Shown one piece after another: positions 1-9,094 of a stretch of DNA of 24,000 nucleotides. A program made the translations under genes and the position numbers. How positions within the stretch are numbered: position 1 is the first letter of the stretch; the number at the start of each line of letters is the position of its first letter. The notes beneath the pieces were generated by a model. That model was not told the DNA's origin. It did no database searches and saw only the letters and a list, made by a program, of their open reading frames with translations. The DNA lies in the NCBI GenBank assembly GCA_002315385.1, contig DCHZ01000025.1:23287-47286 (forward strand). Direction: 5' to 3'. The stretch comes from Firmicutes bacterium UBA1739 (GTDB lineage: Bacteria; Bacillota; Clostridia; Peptostreptococcales; Anaerovoracaceae).

Positions 1-318
1 CACCATATAGAGCTTAAGGACATATTATCCCATACACAGGAAGAGTTTTATTTTGATAACATAAAGGGCTCCCTGATATGCCTGTATTATCCCGATTACA
101 TGGACGGAATCAATGCACCGGGCTGGCATTTTCACTTCATTTCCGAAGACAGAAAAAAGGGCGGGCATGTTTTTGAGCTTTCGATGCTTCACGGCACCGT
201 AAGGCTTGATAAAATCAACGGTATCGAACTGAGACTTCCCGGAGATGCGGCTTTCGATACATATTCACTCAAGGAAGCTTCACAGAAGGACATTAAAAAG
301 GTAGAACAGGGCGGTTAA
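1..318 (+). CDS. alsD: alpha-acetolactate decarboxylase, C-terminal part (5' end outside window)
   Basis: Frame 1 is open from base 1. Translation ...IKGSLICLYYPDYMDGINAPGWHFHFISEDRKKGGHVFEL... carries the conserved GWHFHF..D...GGHV core of acetolactate decarboxylases. TAA stop at 316-318. Confidence 0.8.
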   Translation, partial: HHIELKDILSHTQEEFYFDNIKGSLICLYYPDYMDGINAPGWHFHFISEDRKKGGHVFELSMLHGTVRLDKINGIELRLPGDAAFDTYSLKEASQKDIKKVEQGG

Positions 319-421
319 GGTGAACCGGGTTAAACAGAGCAGAGTATATTTGATAATTCAGACTGAGAGCATTTGAAACCGAACATTCAGGGAATAAACA
401 ATACTGAAAGGAGAGCATGGA

Positions 422-772
422 ATGCTTTATATTTGTTATCCGAGATGTACGACCTGTAAAAAGGCACAGAAGTGGCTTGATGAACAGGGAGTGGATTATA
501 CTTTGAGGGATATTAAAGAAGACAAGCCTTCATACGAGGAATTAAAAGAATGGTATGAAAAAAGCGGTCTTCCGCTGAAAAAGTTTTTTAATACCAGTGG
601 GAAGCTGTACAAAGATATGGAACTTAAGAATAAGCTGCCGGATATGACAGAAGAAGAACAGCTCAGATTACTGGCAATGGACGGGATGCTGGTAAAAAGG
701 CCAATCGGAGTAAGCAGCGAAAGGGTACTTGTGGGTTTCAAACAGGAGGAATGGGAGGAGACCATTAAATGA
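422..772 (+). CDS. ArsC/Spx/MgsR-family thioredoxin-fold protein (arsenate-reductase-related)
   Basis: 116 aa. N-terminal CTTC (CxxC) right after the first beta strand, and a ...GMLVKRPI... motif typical of the ArsC-related family. AAGGAGAG RBS 7 nt upstream. Stop overlaps the crcB start (ATGA). Confidence 0.75.
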   Translation: MLYICYPRCTTCKKAQKWLDEQGVDYTLRDIKEDKPSYEELKEWYEKSGLPLKKFFNTSGKLYKDMELKNKLPDMTEEEQLRLLAMDGMLVKRPIGVSSERVLVGFKQEEWEETIK

Positions 773-1140
773 TTCCGTGCCTTTGTGTCGGCGCCGGCGG
801 TTTTGCCGGTGCCGTTTTAAGATATCTGCTAAGCGGCATTCCCACCGGAAACAGCAGCTTTCCTGTTATGACATTTATCATCAATATTCTGGGAGCCTTT
901 GGAATCGGATTTCTGATGGGACTGTCAGAAAAAACGGGATTTCCCAAAGGCAATCTTCTTCTGTTTCTGAAAGTAGGTGTTTGCGGGGGATTCACGACTT
1001 TTTCCACATATGCACTGGAACTCAGCGGATTATTCGAGGAAGGAAAATGGGTAACAGGTATTGCCTATGCATCTCTGAGTGTGATTATATGTCTCGTAGC
1101 TGTATATGCGGGACAGGCTGCGGCAAAAGCTATAAGCTGA
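769..1140 (+). CDS. crcB: fluoride ion channel CrcB/FluC
   Basis: 123 aa with four hydrophobic segments and the GGFTTFSTY signature of CrcB. Translationally coupled to the upstream gene. Confidence 0.9.
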   Translation: MIPCLCVGAGGFAGAVLRYLLSGIPTGNSSFPVMTFIINILGAFGIGFLMGLSEKTGFPKGNLLLFLKVGVCGGFTTFSTYALELSGLFEEGKWVTGIAYASLSVIICLVAVYAGQAAAKAIS

Positions 1141-1151
1141 AAACGCAAAGA

Positions 1152-1222
1152 CACCGTTAATCTCACAGATTTATGATTGAAATTACTGCATTCAATCGAA
1201 GACAATGAGAACGGTGCCTTGT
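1152..1222. terminator. possible nested-hairpin terminator between convergent crcB and the 1224-1754 gene
   Basis: Outer stem CACCGTT (1152-1158) / AACGGTG (1210-1216) encloses inner stem GATTGAA (1175-1181) / TTCAATC (1191-1197). It is followed by CCTTGTTTTACTTTTTC. The geometry is atypical. Confidence 0.3.
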
Positions 1223-1223
1223 T

Positions 1224-1754
1224 TTACTTTTTCAGAAAAGTATGTTTAATATAATGAAATGTTTCTTTTTCCCCTCTATCTTTCAGCATTGAAAGTAGAA
1301 AAAGAATTTTCCCCGCTGTTTCGGGATGTGAATATCTGGTATCTTTTACCATTGTAAGATAGTTTAGAGGAGACGCATCAGTATATTCTTTGCCCTGATA
1401 TGTTTTGCATGCGGCGATTCTGTCCATGATCATTTCCGCAATGTATTTGTCGGGGACATTAACATATTCGTAGCTGCGGGTTTTCGGAGATACATCTGTC
1501 CAGTATTCAAAATGATGGCGATTCCGTCCTTTGTGATGCATCCATGACTCAGAGTAGCCCTTATCTTCTCTTTCGGCATTGTTAGGACTTCTTGTCCCCT
1601 GAAAATATTTTACCCCGTTGATAAACTCAGTCGGAGAAAACTTAGACATGTCGTGCATCAGACCCTGTCGGTAAAGACCTACTTTAAAACAGTATGCCAT
1701 AACAAGATGGCGATGATGAAGGACGGTTCGTAAGTGCCCGAATAATTTGTTCAT
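1224..1754 (-). CDS. conserved His-rich hypothetical protein (resembles the DUF5662 family, often mis-annotated as catalase)
   Basis: 176-aa ORF with an AGGAG RBS 7 nt upstream. Motifs HHRHLV, HDMSKF and WMHHKGRNRHHFEYW. The family name is from memory only. Confidence 0.6.
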   Translation of the reverse strand: MNKLFGHLRTVLHHRHLVMAYCFKVGLYRQGLMHDMSKFSPTEFINGVKYFQGTRSPNNAEREDKGYSESWMHHKGRNRHHFEYWTDVSPKTRSYEYVNVPDKYIAEMIMDRIAACKTYQGKEYTDASPLNYLTMVKDTRYSHPETAGKILFLLSMLKDRGEKETFHYIKHTFLKK

Positions 1755-1771
1755 ATCTCAGCTCCTGACAC

Positions 1772-1800
1772 AAAACCGGGAAGTCGTCAGACCCGGTTTT
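1772..1800 (-). terminator. rho-independent terminator downstream of fabV
   Basis: AAAACCGGG (1772-1780) / CCCGGTTTT (1792-1800), 9-bp stem with an 11-nt loop. On the minus strand it is followed by TTTTGTGTC. It overlaps the fabV stop codon. Confidence 0.5.
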
Positions 1801-2983
1801 ATTCATAATATTGAGAAACATCGGAATTATAATCTATATTATCATATCTGAATCCGAACATATGATAAAAATCTTCCCAATAGTCCGACAGACCAGCCAG
1901 TTCTTCAGCGTTTTCGGTGTTGAGATGATCCATATTCCGGGTGATCCGGTTCTGAATCTCATCCTGAAGCTCGAAATCATCCAGTCTGATAATGCCATCA
2001 CTGTCGGTAATTACAGGTCTGCCCGGCAGCATTTTTTCCGTAAAAAGTCTGTTCATGTGCTGTATGCAGTCTTCATAACAGCCGGCGTTCTGCATAACTT
2101 TTCTGGCAACGGCGATATAAATCGGAGCCATGGGAATGGCTATGCTGGCCTGAGTAACCATACTTTTGTTCATGGATGTATATGCCCGAACTCCCAGATT
2201 GGAAAAATCAGTACAGATTAATTTTGAAGTTTCATAAACATGTTTTTTTGCAAAACCCATTGTACCGTGTCTGTATATAGGATAGGTAAGCTTCGGCCCG
2301 AGATATGAGAAAGCAACAGTAATAGCATTTCTGCTGAGGGCATCTGCATCCGAAAGTGCTTTTATCCAGTTGTACCAGTCTTCTCCGCCCATTACTTTAA
2401 CCGAGTCGTGGATTTCCTTTTCGGTGGCACATTCCATTCTGCCTTCTATAATTTCCAGTGTGTTTAAATCCAGATCCTTACTGATAAAAGGCTTTCCTGT
2501 GGTTTTAAGTGAAGAACGGTAAACCGTACCGTCATCCATAGCTCTTTTCGGAGCGGCAAGACTGTAAATAACCATATCAATCTGACCGAGCTCAGATTTG
2601 ATTATGTCAATAACCTTTGACTTTGTAGATGACAGGAAAGCATCTTCATTGACGGTTTTTGTCCGGAATCCATCGGCAGTGACAAGCTTATCAAAAGCAT
2701 GGTAGTTGTACCAGCCGGGGGAAGCGGTTTTTGTTTCGGAAGGCTCTCTTTCCCGGCATACTCCGATGGTTGATGCTCCGTAGGCATAGGTGGCCGCAAT
2801 TCTTGCGGAAAGCCCGTATCCTGCTGAACAGCCTATAATAAGAACTCTTTTGGGAGGTTCAGCTTCAAAGTCAGTTTTAGGAAGATTCTTCATGTAATTA
2901 ATTTCTCTTCTGACATGCTCTTCGCATCCAAGGGGATGAGCTGTGGAGCATAGAAAAGCGTTTACTTTTGGTTGAATTATCAT
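1799..2983 (-). CDS. fabV: trans-2-enoyl-CoA / enoyl-ACP reductase, FabV/Ter family
   Basis: 394 aa. N-terminus MIIQPKVNAFLCSTAHPLGCEEHV... and ...RVLIIGCSAGYGLSARIA... match the FabV/Ter pattern, and length is typical. RBS AGAGGTG. Confidence 0.9.
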   Translation of the reverse strand: MIIQPKVNAFLCSTAHPLGCEEHVRREINYMKNLPKTDFEAEPPKRVLIIGCSAGYGLSARIAATYAYGASTIGVCREREPSETKTASPGWYNYHAFDKLVTADGFRTKTVNEDAFLSSTKSKVIDIIKSELGQIDMVIYSLAAPKRAMDDGTVYRSSLKTTGKPFISKDLDLNTLEIIEGRMECATEKEIHDSVKVMGGEDWYNWIKALSDADALSRNAITVAFSYLGPKLTYPIYRHGTMGFAKKHVYETSKLICTDFSNLGVRAYTSMNKSMVTQASIAIPMAPIYIAVARKVMQNAGCYEDCIQHMNRLFTEKMLPGRPVITDSDGIIRLDDFELQDEIQNRITRNMDHLNTENAEELAGLSDYWEDFYHMFGFRYDNIDYNSDVSQYYE

Positions 2984-3168
2984 TGATTAGCACCTCTGAT
3001 TATGATAGTCATATAAGAACAGTAATTAATTATTGTATTTCCGGTTTGTCGAAAAAAACGGCACTGTATTATCTGTGATTTTCGTTAATATAGTTGATGT
3101 TTCGTTTTCTTCATATATAATAATTATAGTAAATTTTTACATAATATGCAATGATGGGAGAGATAATT

Positions 3169-3654
3169 ATGAGAATAGAATATAGCAAAGTTCTGATAAT
3201 TATGGAAATTATCGGTGTAATGATTCTTCTGGCTATACTGATAGCCACTGCGTACGTCTATCCGACTCTTCCGGACCGGGTGCCGACGCATTTTAATGCT
3301 CTCGGAGAGGCTGACCGATGGGGAGGAAAAGGGTATCTGTGGTTTGTGCCGGCAATGTCGGTTTTTCTTTATCTGTTAATAACAATAGCAGGTTTTTTTC
3401 CGAAAACATGGAATTACCCGTCAAAAATCGATCCGTCAAAGCTGCCTCTGGCAGAGAAAAAGGTCAGAAATCTGCTTATGATTGTCAAACTGATTATTAC
3501 AGCCATGTTTGGATATATACAATATATGATACTGAAGCTGTCGGGGCAGATATCCTTTCTGATAATGATATTGTTTACAGCTGTGCTTTTTGGAATAATT
3601 ATTTACTATATCGTTTCTCTGAGCAGACTGTCGGTTAAAGCTCAAAGAAAATGA
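3169..3654 (+). CDS. DUF1648-domain membrane protein
   Basis: The LPDRVPTHFNALGEADRWGGKG motif after the first TM helix is characteristic of DUF1648, and further TM helices follow. Start moved to the ATG at 3169, which has a GGGAGAG RBS; the track start at 3151 has none. Confidence 0.7.
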   Translation: MRIEYSKVLIIMEIIGVMILLAILIATAYVYPTLPDRVPTHFNALGEADRWGGKGYLWFVPAMSVFLYLLITIAGFFPKTWNYPSKIDPSKLPLAEKKVRNLLMIVKLIITAMFGYIQYMILKLSGQISFLIMILFTAVLFGIIIYYIVSLSRLSVKAQRK

Positions 3655-3704
3655 AATAAATATATGCATGTTTTTAGATTAGAAATTATTGAAACAGAGG
3701 AATA

Positions 3705-4553
3705 ATGAAAATGAGAGAAATATCTGTCAAAAAAATCACAGAAGCGGTGGCGGAGATGTCAGTTAATGCTAATTCTTTTCTGGGAGAAGATGTGTGTGAA
3801 AGAATAACCGAATGCAGAAAGAAAGAAGACTGGCCGGCAGCTGCCGAAATACTGAGCAAAATTGAAGAAAATATCAGAATAGCCCGGGAGGATCTGGTGC
3901 CGCTGTGTCAGGACACCGGAATGGCATGCGTGTTTATCGAAATAGGACAGGACGTGCATGTTGTGGGCGGCAGTATTGAAGAGGCCGTCAATGAAGGGGT
4001 AAGAAAAGGTTATACAGAGGGATATCTGAGGAAGTCTATTGTTAAAGACCCGATTCGTCGGGGCAACACGGGAGACAATACACCCGCGCATATTCATTAT
4101 GAAATAGTTCCGGGAGACAGACTGAAAATAGTGCTGGCACCGAAAGGGTTCGGCTCGGAGAATATGAGCCGGATCAAAATGTTTGCACCGGCTGCCGGAG
4201 AAAACGGCGTAAAAGATTTCATTGTTAACTGTGTCGAAGAAGCCGGAGCCAACCCGTGCCCGCCGGTGGTGGTGGGAGTCGGAATCGGAGGAACCTTTGA
4301 CCGGGCGGCGCTGATGGCAAAGCAGGCTCTGCTCAGACCGATGAAGGATTCAAATCCGGACCCGTATTATGCGGAAATGGAAAATGAGCTTCTGGAGAGA
4401 ATTAACAGCCTGGGAATAGGCCCGCAGGGATTTGGAGGAAGAACCACAGCACTGGCTGTGAAAATACAGACATATCCCACACATATTGCGGGAATGCCCG
4501 TGGCGGTCAATATCAACTGCCACGTTTCCAGACATCGGGAGGTGATCCTTTAA
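3705..4553 (+). CDS. class I (Fe-S) fumarate hydratase / tartrate dehydratase, alpha subunit
   Basis: 282 aa. Motifs PLCQDTGMACVF, GFGSENMS and NPCPPVVVGVGIGGT are typical of the N-terminal catalytic domain of class I fumarases. Stop overlaps the start of the beta subunit. Confidence 0.9.
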   Translation: MKMREISVKKITEAVAEMSVNANSFLGEDVCERITECRKKEDWPAAAEILSKIEENIRIAREDLVPLCQDTGMACVFIEIGQDVHVVGGSIEEAVNEGVRKGYTEGYLRKSIVKDPIRRGNTGDNTPAHIHYEIVPGDRLKIVLAPKGFGSENMSRIKMFAPAAGENGVKDFIVNCVEEAGANPCPPVVVGVGIGGTFDRAALMAKQALLRPMKDSNPDPYYAEMENELLERINSLGIGPQGFGGRTTALAVKIQTYPTHIAGMPVAVNINCHVSRHREVIL

Positions 4554-5110
4554 TGGAAAAGATGCTTGTGTATCCTTATGATAAGGAAAAGTTAAAAGAA
4601 TTGAAGGCCGGGGACAGTGTGCTGATAAGCGGAACTGTATACACGGCCAGAGATGCGGCACATAAAAGAATAGTGGAAATGATTGAAAATGGGGAGAAGC
4701 CTCCATTTGAAATTGAGGGATCAATAATATATTATGTGGGACCTACTCCGGCGAAGCCCGGGAAAGCCATCGGTTCGGCAGGCCCTACCACCAGCTATAG
4801 AATGGACTCGTATGCACCGCTGCTTCTTGATCTGGGGCAGGCTGCCATGATAGGAAAAGGTCAGCGCTCTGAAGAAGTAAAGGCGGCGGCGGTGAGAAAC
4901 GGTGCCGTATACCTTGCCGCAATCGGCGGAGCGGCAGCACTGATTGCAAAATCCGTCAGATCTGCAGAGGTAATTGCTTTTGAGGATCTGGGGGCGGAAG
5001 CGGTCAGAAAACTGGAGGTGGAAAACTTCCCGGCGGTGGTGGTAATTGACGCATATGGAAACGATTATTACGAAAGCGGAAGACTTCAGTATAAAAACGG
5101 AAATAAATAA
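4553..5110 (+). CDS. class I fumarate hydratase / tartrate dehydratase, beta subunit
   Basis: 185 aa. GTVYTARDAAHKR, GPTTSYRMD and MIGKGQRS motifs of the Fe-S hydro-lyase beta domain. GGAGGTG RBS. Confidence 0.9.
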   Translation: MEKMLVYPYDKEKLKELKAGDSVLISGTVYTARDAAHKRIVEMIENGEKPPFEIEGSIIYYVGPTPAKPGKAIGSAGPTTSYRMDSYAPLLLDLGQAAMIGKGQRSEEVKAAAVRNGAVYLAAIGGAAALIAKSVRSAEVIAFEDLGAEAVRKLEVENFPAVVVIDAYGNDYYESGRLQYKNGNK

Positions 5111-5291
5111 CCAAACGGGTTACGGAAGAAAAAGAGTCATTTGCAGGCTCGCGGGAACCGACAAAGCTTAGAACCGTTACGACCGATTCCGAGCATGAGA
5201 GATATAAAAACATGCACGACATAAAGAAAATATAAATTATTTAGAAGTTATATTAAAATAATATAAAATAGTTTGAGAATATGGGAAATAT

Positions 5292-5741
5292 ATGATAATA
5301 TCGAGGTTGCCGTCATTTACGAGTGCGGTAGTATCACCGGACAGAGTGGTTCTTACGGCAATTGATAAGGTATTTGCATTATGCGGAGCAACCATCGCAA
5401 CAATAATAATGTCCAACTGTGATATTGCAAGCCCGGGTTTTGCAATGATAGTCGGAATTCCGGCAGGAATCCTGAGCGTAGTGGGGTATAATATCATTGC
5501 ACCGAGACTACAGAAGCTTATCCGAGGAACAGACACCTGCGGAGTGCATAACCTTCACGGTATGCCGGGACTTTTGGGAGGATTATCTGTAATAGTACTT
5601 TGCGGAAACGTTAAAGTTCAGCTTCTGGGGATGATCGTTACAGTAGTAATCGCTTTAGTGGGCGGCAGAATTGAGGGAGCCATTATCGGTCTTCTCGGTA
5701 CAAAGGCTGTTGCTTACAGTGATGAAGGAGAATTTAAATAA
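5292..5741 (+). pseudogene. C-terminal remnant of an Rh-type (Rh50-like) ammonium transporter
   Basis: 149 aa containing TDTCGVHNLHGMPGLLGG, the Rh-family version of the twin-His pore motif (AmtB has D.C.V.GVHG..G). Only about 4 TM helices are present against about 11 expected. An AT-rich junction lies upstream with no recognisable RBS. Confidence 0.55.
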
Positions 5742-5783
5742 CATACATTGATGTCGGAAAGTAATAACATATGTCAGGATTTG

Positions 5784-5812
5784 AGGGTGCACCTTGAGGT
5801 GCACCTTTTCGA
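5784..5812 (+). terminator. rho-independent terminator
   Basis: GGTGCACC (5786-5793) - TTGA - GGTGCACC (5798-5805). The octamer is self-complementary, so the two copies pair. Followed by TTTTCGATTT. Confidence 0.65.
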
Positions 5813-5948
5813 TTTCCGGCACACTTCAATGTTCCTTCAGCTTTACAGTCAATTCGAATTCCGGATATGCCGGTTGCATACGTATTAAGTTTTTGTTAAA
5901 ACAGATTGTGAGTATTAATAATTCGCTGTCGCCGTCCTCAGTAACATT

Positions 5949-5976
5949 TTGAATTATGGGAATGATGTGGTAGAAT
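5949..5976 (+). promoter_or_regulatory. sigma-A-type promoter candidate for proA
   Basis: TTGAAT (5949-5954), 16-nt spacer, then TGgTAGAAT with an extended -10 (TAGAAT 5971-5976), about 58 nt upstream of the proA start. Confidence 0.4.
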
Positions 5977-6033
5977 AAACAGACAGGAAAGCTAAGCAAA
6001 ATAATTACGTAATAGAATATGGAGGATAGATTT

Positions 6034-7248
6034 ATGGTTACAACTCTTGAAATAATGAAAAAAGCAAAAAAGGCAGCACCGGAGATGGCGGTTTTGTCGG
6101 AAGAGTCGAAAAATCAGGCACTGCTTGCCATGGCAGAAATGCTGACTGAAAGCAGTGAAGAAATACTTAAAGCCAATTCAGCTGATGTTTCGGAGGCGGG
6201 AGACAGTATTTCCCCGGTAATGATTGACAGATTGAAACTTGATGAAAAAAGAATCGCGGATATGGCAGAGGGAATAAGACAGGTGGCGGAGCTTCCGGAC
6301 CCTGTGGGGAGAATAATAAGAAGTCATTCTCTGCCAAACGGTCTCGTGGTGAATAAAATGTCAGTTTCGCTGGGCGTAATTGCGATAATCTATGAAAGCA
6401 GGCCGAATGTCACATCTGATGCGGCGGCACTGGCAATCAAAAGCGGCAATGCATGTATTCTCAGAGGCGGGAAAGAGGCTTTTCGCACAGCGGATGCAAT
6501 AGTTCAGGCACTCAGAAAAGGTCTGAAAAAAACCGGATTGAACGAGGATCTGGTTCAGCTGATTCAGGATACCACCAGAGAAAGCGCAAAGGAACTTATG
6601 AACGGTGTCGGATATATTGACCTGCTGATTCCGCGGGGTGGTAAAGGACTCATTCAGTCCTGCGTGGATAATGCAAAGGTACCGTGTATTCAGACCGGAA
6701 CCGGAATATGTCATATTTATGTGGATGAATATGCAGACCTGGAAAAAGCAGTGAAAATAGTGGAAAATGCCAAAACCAGCAGACCTTCTGTGTGTAATGC
6801 GGCGGAGGTTTGTCTGATTCACAAAAAAGTCGCCGATAGATTTATGAATATGATGAAATCACAGCTGGTGGAAAAGAGAAAATCCGAAAACCTGACTCCG
6901 GTTCAGTTCAGAACTGATGAATTTGATACGGAATTTCTTGATTACGTTATGGCTGTAAAAACTGTTGACTCTGTCAGCGAAGCCATCGAGCATATAGCGG
7001 CACATTCGACAGGACATAGCGAGGCAATAATAACGGAAAATGCTGAGAATGCGGATTTGTTTGTGAAAATGGTGGACAGTGCTGCGGTATATGTTAATGC
7101 ATCAACAAGATTTACAGACGGAGGGGAATTCGGCCTGGGATGTGAAATGGGGATTTCCACCCAGAAGCTCCATGCAAGAGGACCAATGGGACTGGAAGAG
7201 CTTACATCATATAAATATGTGATTATGGGAAACGGTCAGATCAGGTAA
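6034..7248 (+). CDS. proA: glutamate-5-semialdehyde dehydrogenase (gamma-glutamyl phosphate reductase)
   Basis: Aldehyde-dehydrogenase fold with the ProA pattern ([44 protein letters not shown]). Start set at the ATG at 6034, 7 nt after GGAGGA; the track start at 6019 lacks an RBS. Confidence 0.9.
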   Translation: MVTTLEIMKKAKKAAPEMAVLSEESKNQALLAMAEMLTESSEEILKANSADVSEAGDSISPVMIDRLKLDEKRIADMAEGIRQVAELPDPVGRIIRSHSLPNGLVVNKMSVSLGVIAIIYESRPNVTSDAAALAIKSGNACILRGGKEAFRTADAIVQALRKGLKKTGLNEDLVQLIQDTTRESAKELMNGVGYIDLLIPRGGKGLIQSCVDNAKVPCIQTGTGICHIYVDEYADLEKAVKIVENAKTSRPSVCNAAEVCLIHKKVADRFMNMMKSQLVEKRKSENLTPVQFRTDEFDTEFLDYVMAVKTVDSVSEAIEHIAAHSTGHSEAIITENAENADLFVKMVDSAAVYVNASTRFTDGGEFGLGCEMGISTQKLHARGPMGLEELTSYKYVIMGNGQIR

Positions 7249-7269
7249 AAGGAGTCGAAAAGTGTTGAT

Positions 7270-7290
7270 AAAACCGGTGCATCCGGTTTT
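7270..7290 (+). terminator. weak hairpin terminator after proA
   Basis: AAAACCGG-TGCAT-CCGGTTTT. The GC core is only 4 bp. Confidence 0.35.
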
Positions 7291-7497
7291 AACATATTAC
7301 GTATATTCTGCATGTTCCTTTGTATGAATGATTCCAAACACCCGCTGCAGTATCACTGCGATTGTGTTTTAAATCGAACCCGCAAAAAGAGCCGATATTA
7401 TACGCAAAGGTATGTAATAATTGCTGCATTGGGCACTTAGTCAAAATATAGGTTTTACTGAATGTCAATATGGAAAAAATAAGGATAACAATAATAA

Positions 7498-8136
7498 ATG
7501 GAAAATAATATTAAAAAAAGTGACAGGATAATACTGGCATCAGCCTCTCCACGCAGAATAGAGATATTCGGAAACCATGAAATAGAGGCGGAAATAATGC
7601 CTGCGGATATAGATGAAACTCTTCCTGACGGAATCGGAGCGGAGGATGCGGTAATGTTTCTTGCACTGAAAAAAGCCCTGCATACAGAGAAAAGAGTATT
7701 AATGAAAAATGCATCAGACTATGGTGAGGTAAAAGCTTCAGCGGATTTAAAGGTAAAAGAGAGAATAATAATTGTTGCTGCGGATACGGTGGTATTTTCC
7801 GATCGGATTTTAGGGAAACCTGCAGATGAAAACGAGGCGTTTCAGATGCTGTCGGCTCTGAGAAACAAAAGTCACTATGTTGCAACCGGTGTTGCAGTGA
7901 TTGAAGCAGGGGGAAGCCTGAGAAACGTGTTTTATGACAGGAGCGAGGTAAAATTTTCAAACTACAGTGACGAACAGATCAGAGAATACATAGCGACAGG
8001 CGAACCTCTGGATAAAGCCGGAGCATATGCCATTCAGGGAGGGTTTTCAAAATATGTTGAAAACTATACCGGTTCCTTCCTGAACATAGTCGGATTTCCC
8101 TGGGAACATTTCGAAAGAGAAATGAAGATAGAATAA
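7498..8136 (+). CDS. maf: Maf-family nucleoside triphosphate pyrophosphatase
   Basis: 212 aa. ILASASPRR near the N-terminus, AADTVV, and DKAGAYAIQG near the C-terminus. Contains a roughly 20-aa insertion relative to the usual Maf layout. Confidence 0.85.
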   Translation: MENNIKKSDRIILASASPRRIEIFGNHEIEAEIMPADIDETLPDGIGAEDAVMFLALKKALHTEKRVLMKNASDYGEVKASADLKVKERIIIVAADTVVFSDRILGKPADENEAFQMLSALRNKSHYVATGVAVIEAGGSLRNVFYDRSEVKFSNYSDEQIREYIATGEPLDKAGAYAIQGGFSKYVENYTGSFLNIVGFPWEHFEREMKIE

Positions 8137-8334
8137 TGCATTCTCCGGCCTCCGAATATGTATGAAAACCGGAGAATATTCTGCCGTGATATCGGAATAT
8201 TAAGGAAAGAAACGCGGAAAAGCCGGATTCAGTAATATTGATATTGAAAAATCTTGTTATAGACAGGTTAATATGATAAAATTAATCAGTAGATTTTTTA
8301 GAGAAACCGTCAGAGATGATTGTAAGGAGGTATC

Positions 8335-8943
8335 ATGAATAAAAAACTTATCGCAGGAATTCTGTCTTTGTCTTTGATTTTATCGTCTGCATTTTCAGCT
8401 TTTGCGGAGGATGCAACCCCCATAGCATATGCAGGCAATGATAACAGTGACAAATCAACGAGTACAATAGCAGTACAGATCGGAAATTATGCGGCAACGG
8501 TGGACAGTATGCTCGTATCAATAGATCCTGATAACAGGAAGGTTGTGCCGTATATTAAAAATAACAGAACATATATTCCTTTAAAATTCATCGGAGAGAA
8601 TCTTGGTGCACAGGTGTCCTGGGACAGTAAAAAAAGGGAAGCGATTATTCAAAAAGACAATACAAAAGTGGTAATTCCGGTGAATAAATCGTATTACTAT
8701 ATTAATTCAGTAAAGCATAATCTGGACGCACCGGCTGAAATCTATCAGAACAGGACCTTTGTTCCTATGAGATTCGTAGCGGAAGCGCTTAATATGGCGG
8801 TATACTGGGATAAAGATGCCAAGATGGCAGTAATTGCTCCTAAAGACAGGCAATGGACCGGCGTTAATAGTATTGAAGAAGATTTAATTGTTCAATATCT
8901 CATTTTAGTATATCCGTTTTTAAAAGATCATAGTGTCGATTAA
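8335..8943 (+). CDS. secreted protein with copper-amine-oxidase N-terminal (stalk) domain repeats
   Basis: Signal peptide (MNKKLIAGILSLSLILSSAFSAFA). Two repeats of the pattern NRTY/FVP(L/M)(K/R)F..E.LG/N..V.WD. Strong AAGGAGG RBS. Confidence 0.75.
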   Translation: MNKKLIAGILSLSLILSSAFSAFAEDATPIAYAGNDNSDKSTSTIAVQIGNYAATVDSMLVSIDPDNRKVVPYIKNNRTYIPLKFIGENLGAQVSWDSKKREAIIQKDNTKVVIPVNKSYYYINSVKHNLDAPAEIYQNRTFVPMRFVAEALNMAVYWDKDAKMAVIAPKDRQWTGVNSIEEDLIVQYLILVYPFLKDHSVD

Positions 8944-8954
8944 TACCGAACAGC

Positions 8955-8994
8955 ACATGAGACATGGAAAAATCCCTGTCTCATGTTATTTTTG
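8955..8994 (+). terminator. rho-independent terminator
   Basis: ACATGAGACA (8955-8964) / TGTCTCATGT (8977-8986), perfect 10-bp stem, followed by TATTTTTG. Confidence 0.7.
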
Positions 8995-9013
8995 ACAAAA
9001 AATACGGTCTCAC

Positions 9014-9048
9014 AAAAACAGCCCGGACTTAGGACCCGGACTGTTTTT
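9014..9048 (-). terminator. bidirectional hairpin terminator, most likely serving the 9095-9274 minus-strand gene
   Basis: AAAAACAG-C-CCGG (9014-9026) / CCGG-A-CTGTTTTT (9036-9048) with one C/A mismatch. Flanked by A5 and T5. Confidence 0.5.
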
Positions 9049-9094
9049 ACAGAGTCGCCGGGGTTATGTGCCCGGCTGCTGCATAATTATTAAC

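Noticed and set aside
319-421. Fluoride (crcB-motif) riboswitch upstream of the arsC-like/crcB pair
   Set aside because: I looked for the conserved core and pseudoknot sequences and could not find them by eye. This needs a covariance-model scan to be certain.
729-1160. 143-aa alternative-frame ORF over crcB
   Set aside because: Its Arg/Cys-rich translation looks like nonsense, and the crcB frame carries the family signature.
5820-6018. T-box leader upstream of proA (and likewise 23576-23768 upstream of ilvE)
   Set aside because: There is no AGGGTGGTACCGCG-like T-box sequence and no terminator/antiterminator pair. Only promoter-like hexamers are present.
6034-7248. proA without an adjacent proB as an anomaly
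   Set aside because: proB may simply lie elsewhere in the genome, which one window cannot show. The upstream neighbour is a gene remnant, so the local gene order has probably been rearranged.
7249-7330. Mini-ORF after proA (AAGGAG + GTG, about 21 codons)
   Set aside because: It is very short and runs through the terminator hairpin. The SD-like sequence is probably fortuitous.
8140-8177. 9-bp hairpin ATTCTCCGG / CCGGAGAAT after maf as a terminator
   Set aside because: It has a 20-nt loop and no downstream U tract, so it is not convincing as an intrinsic terminator.
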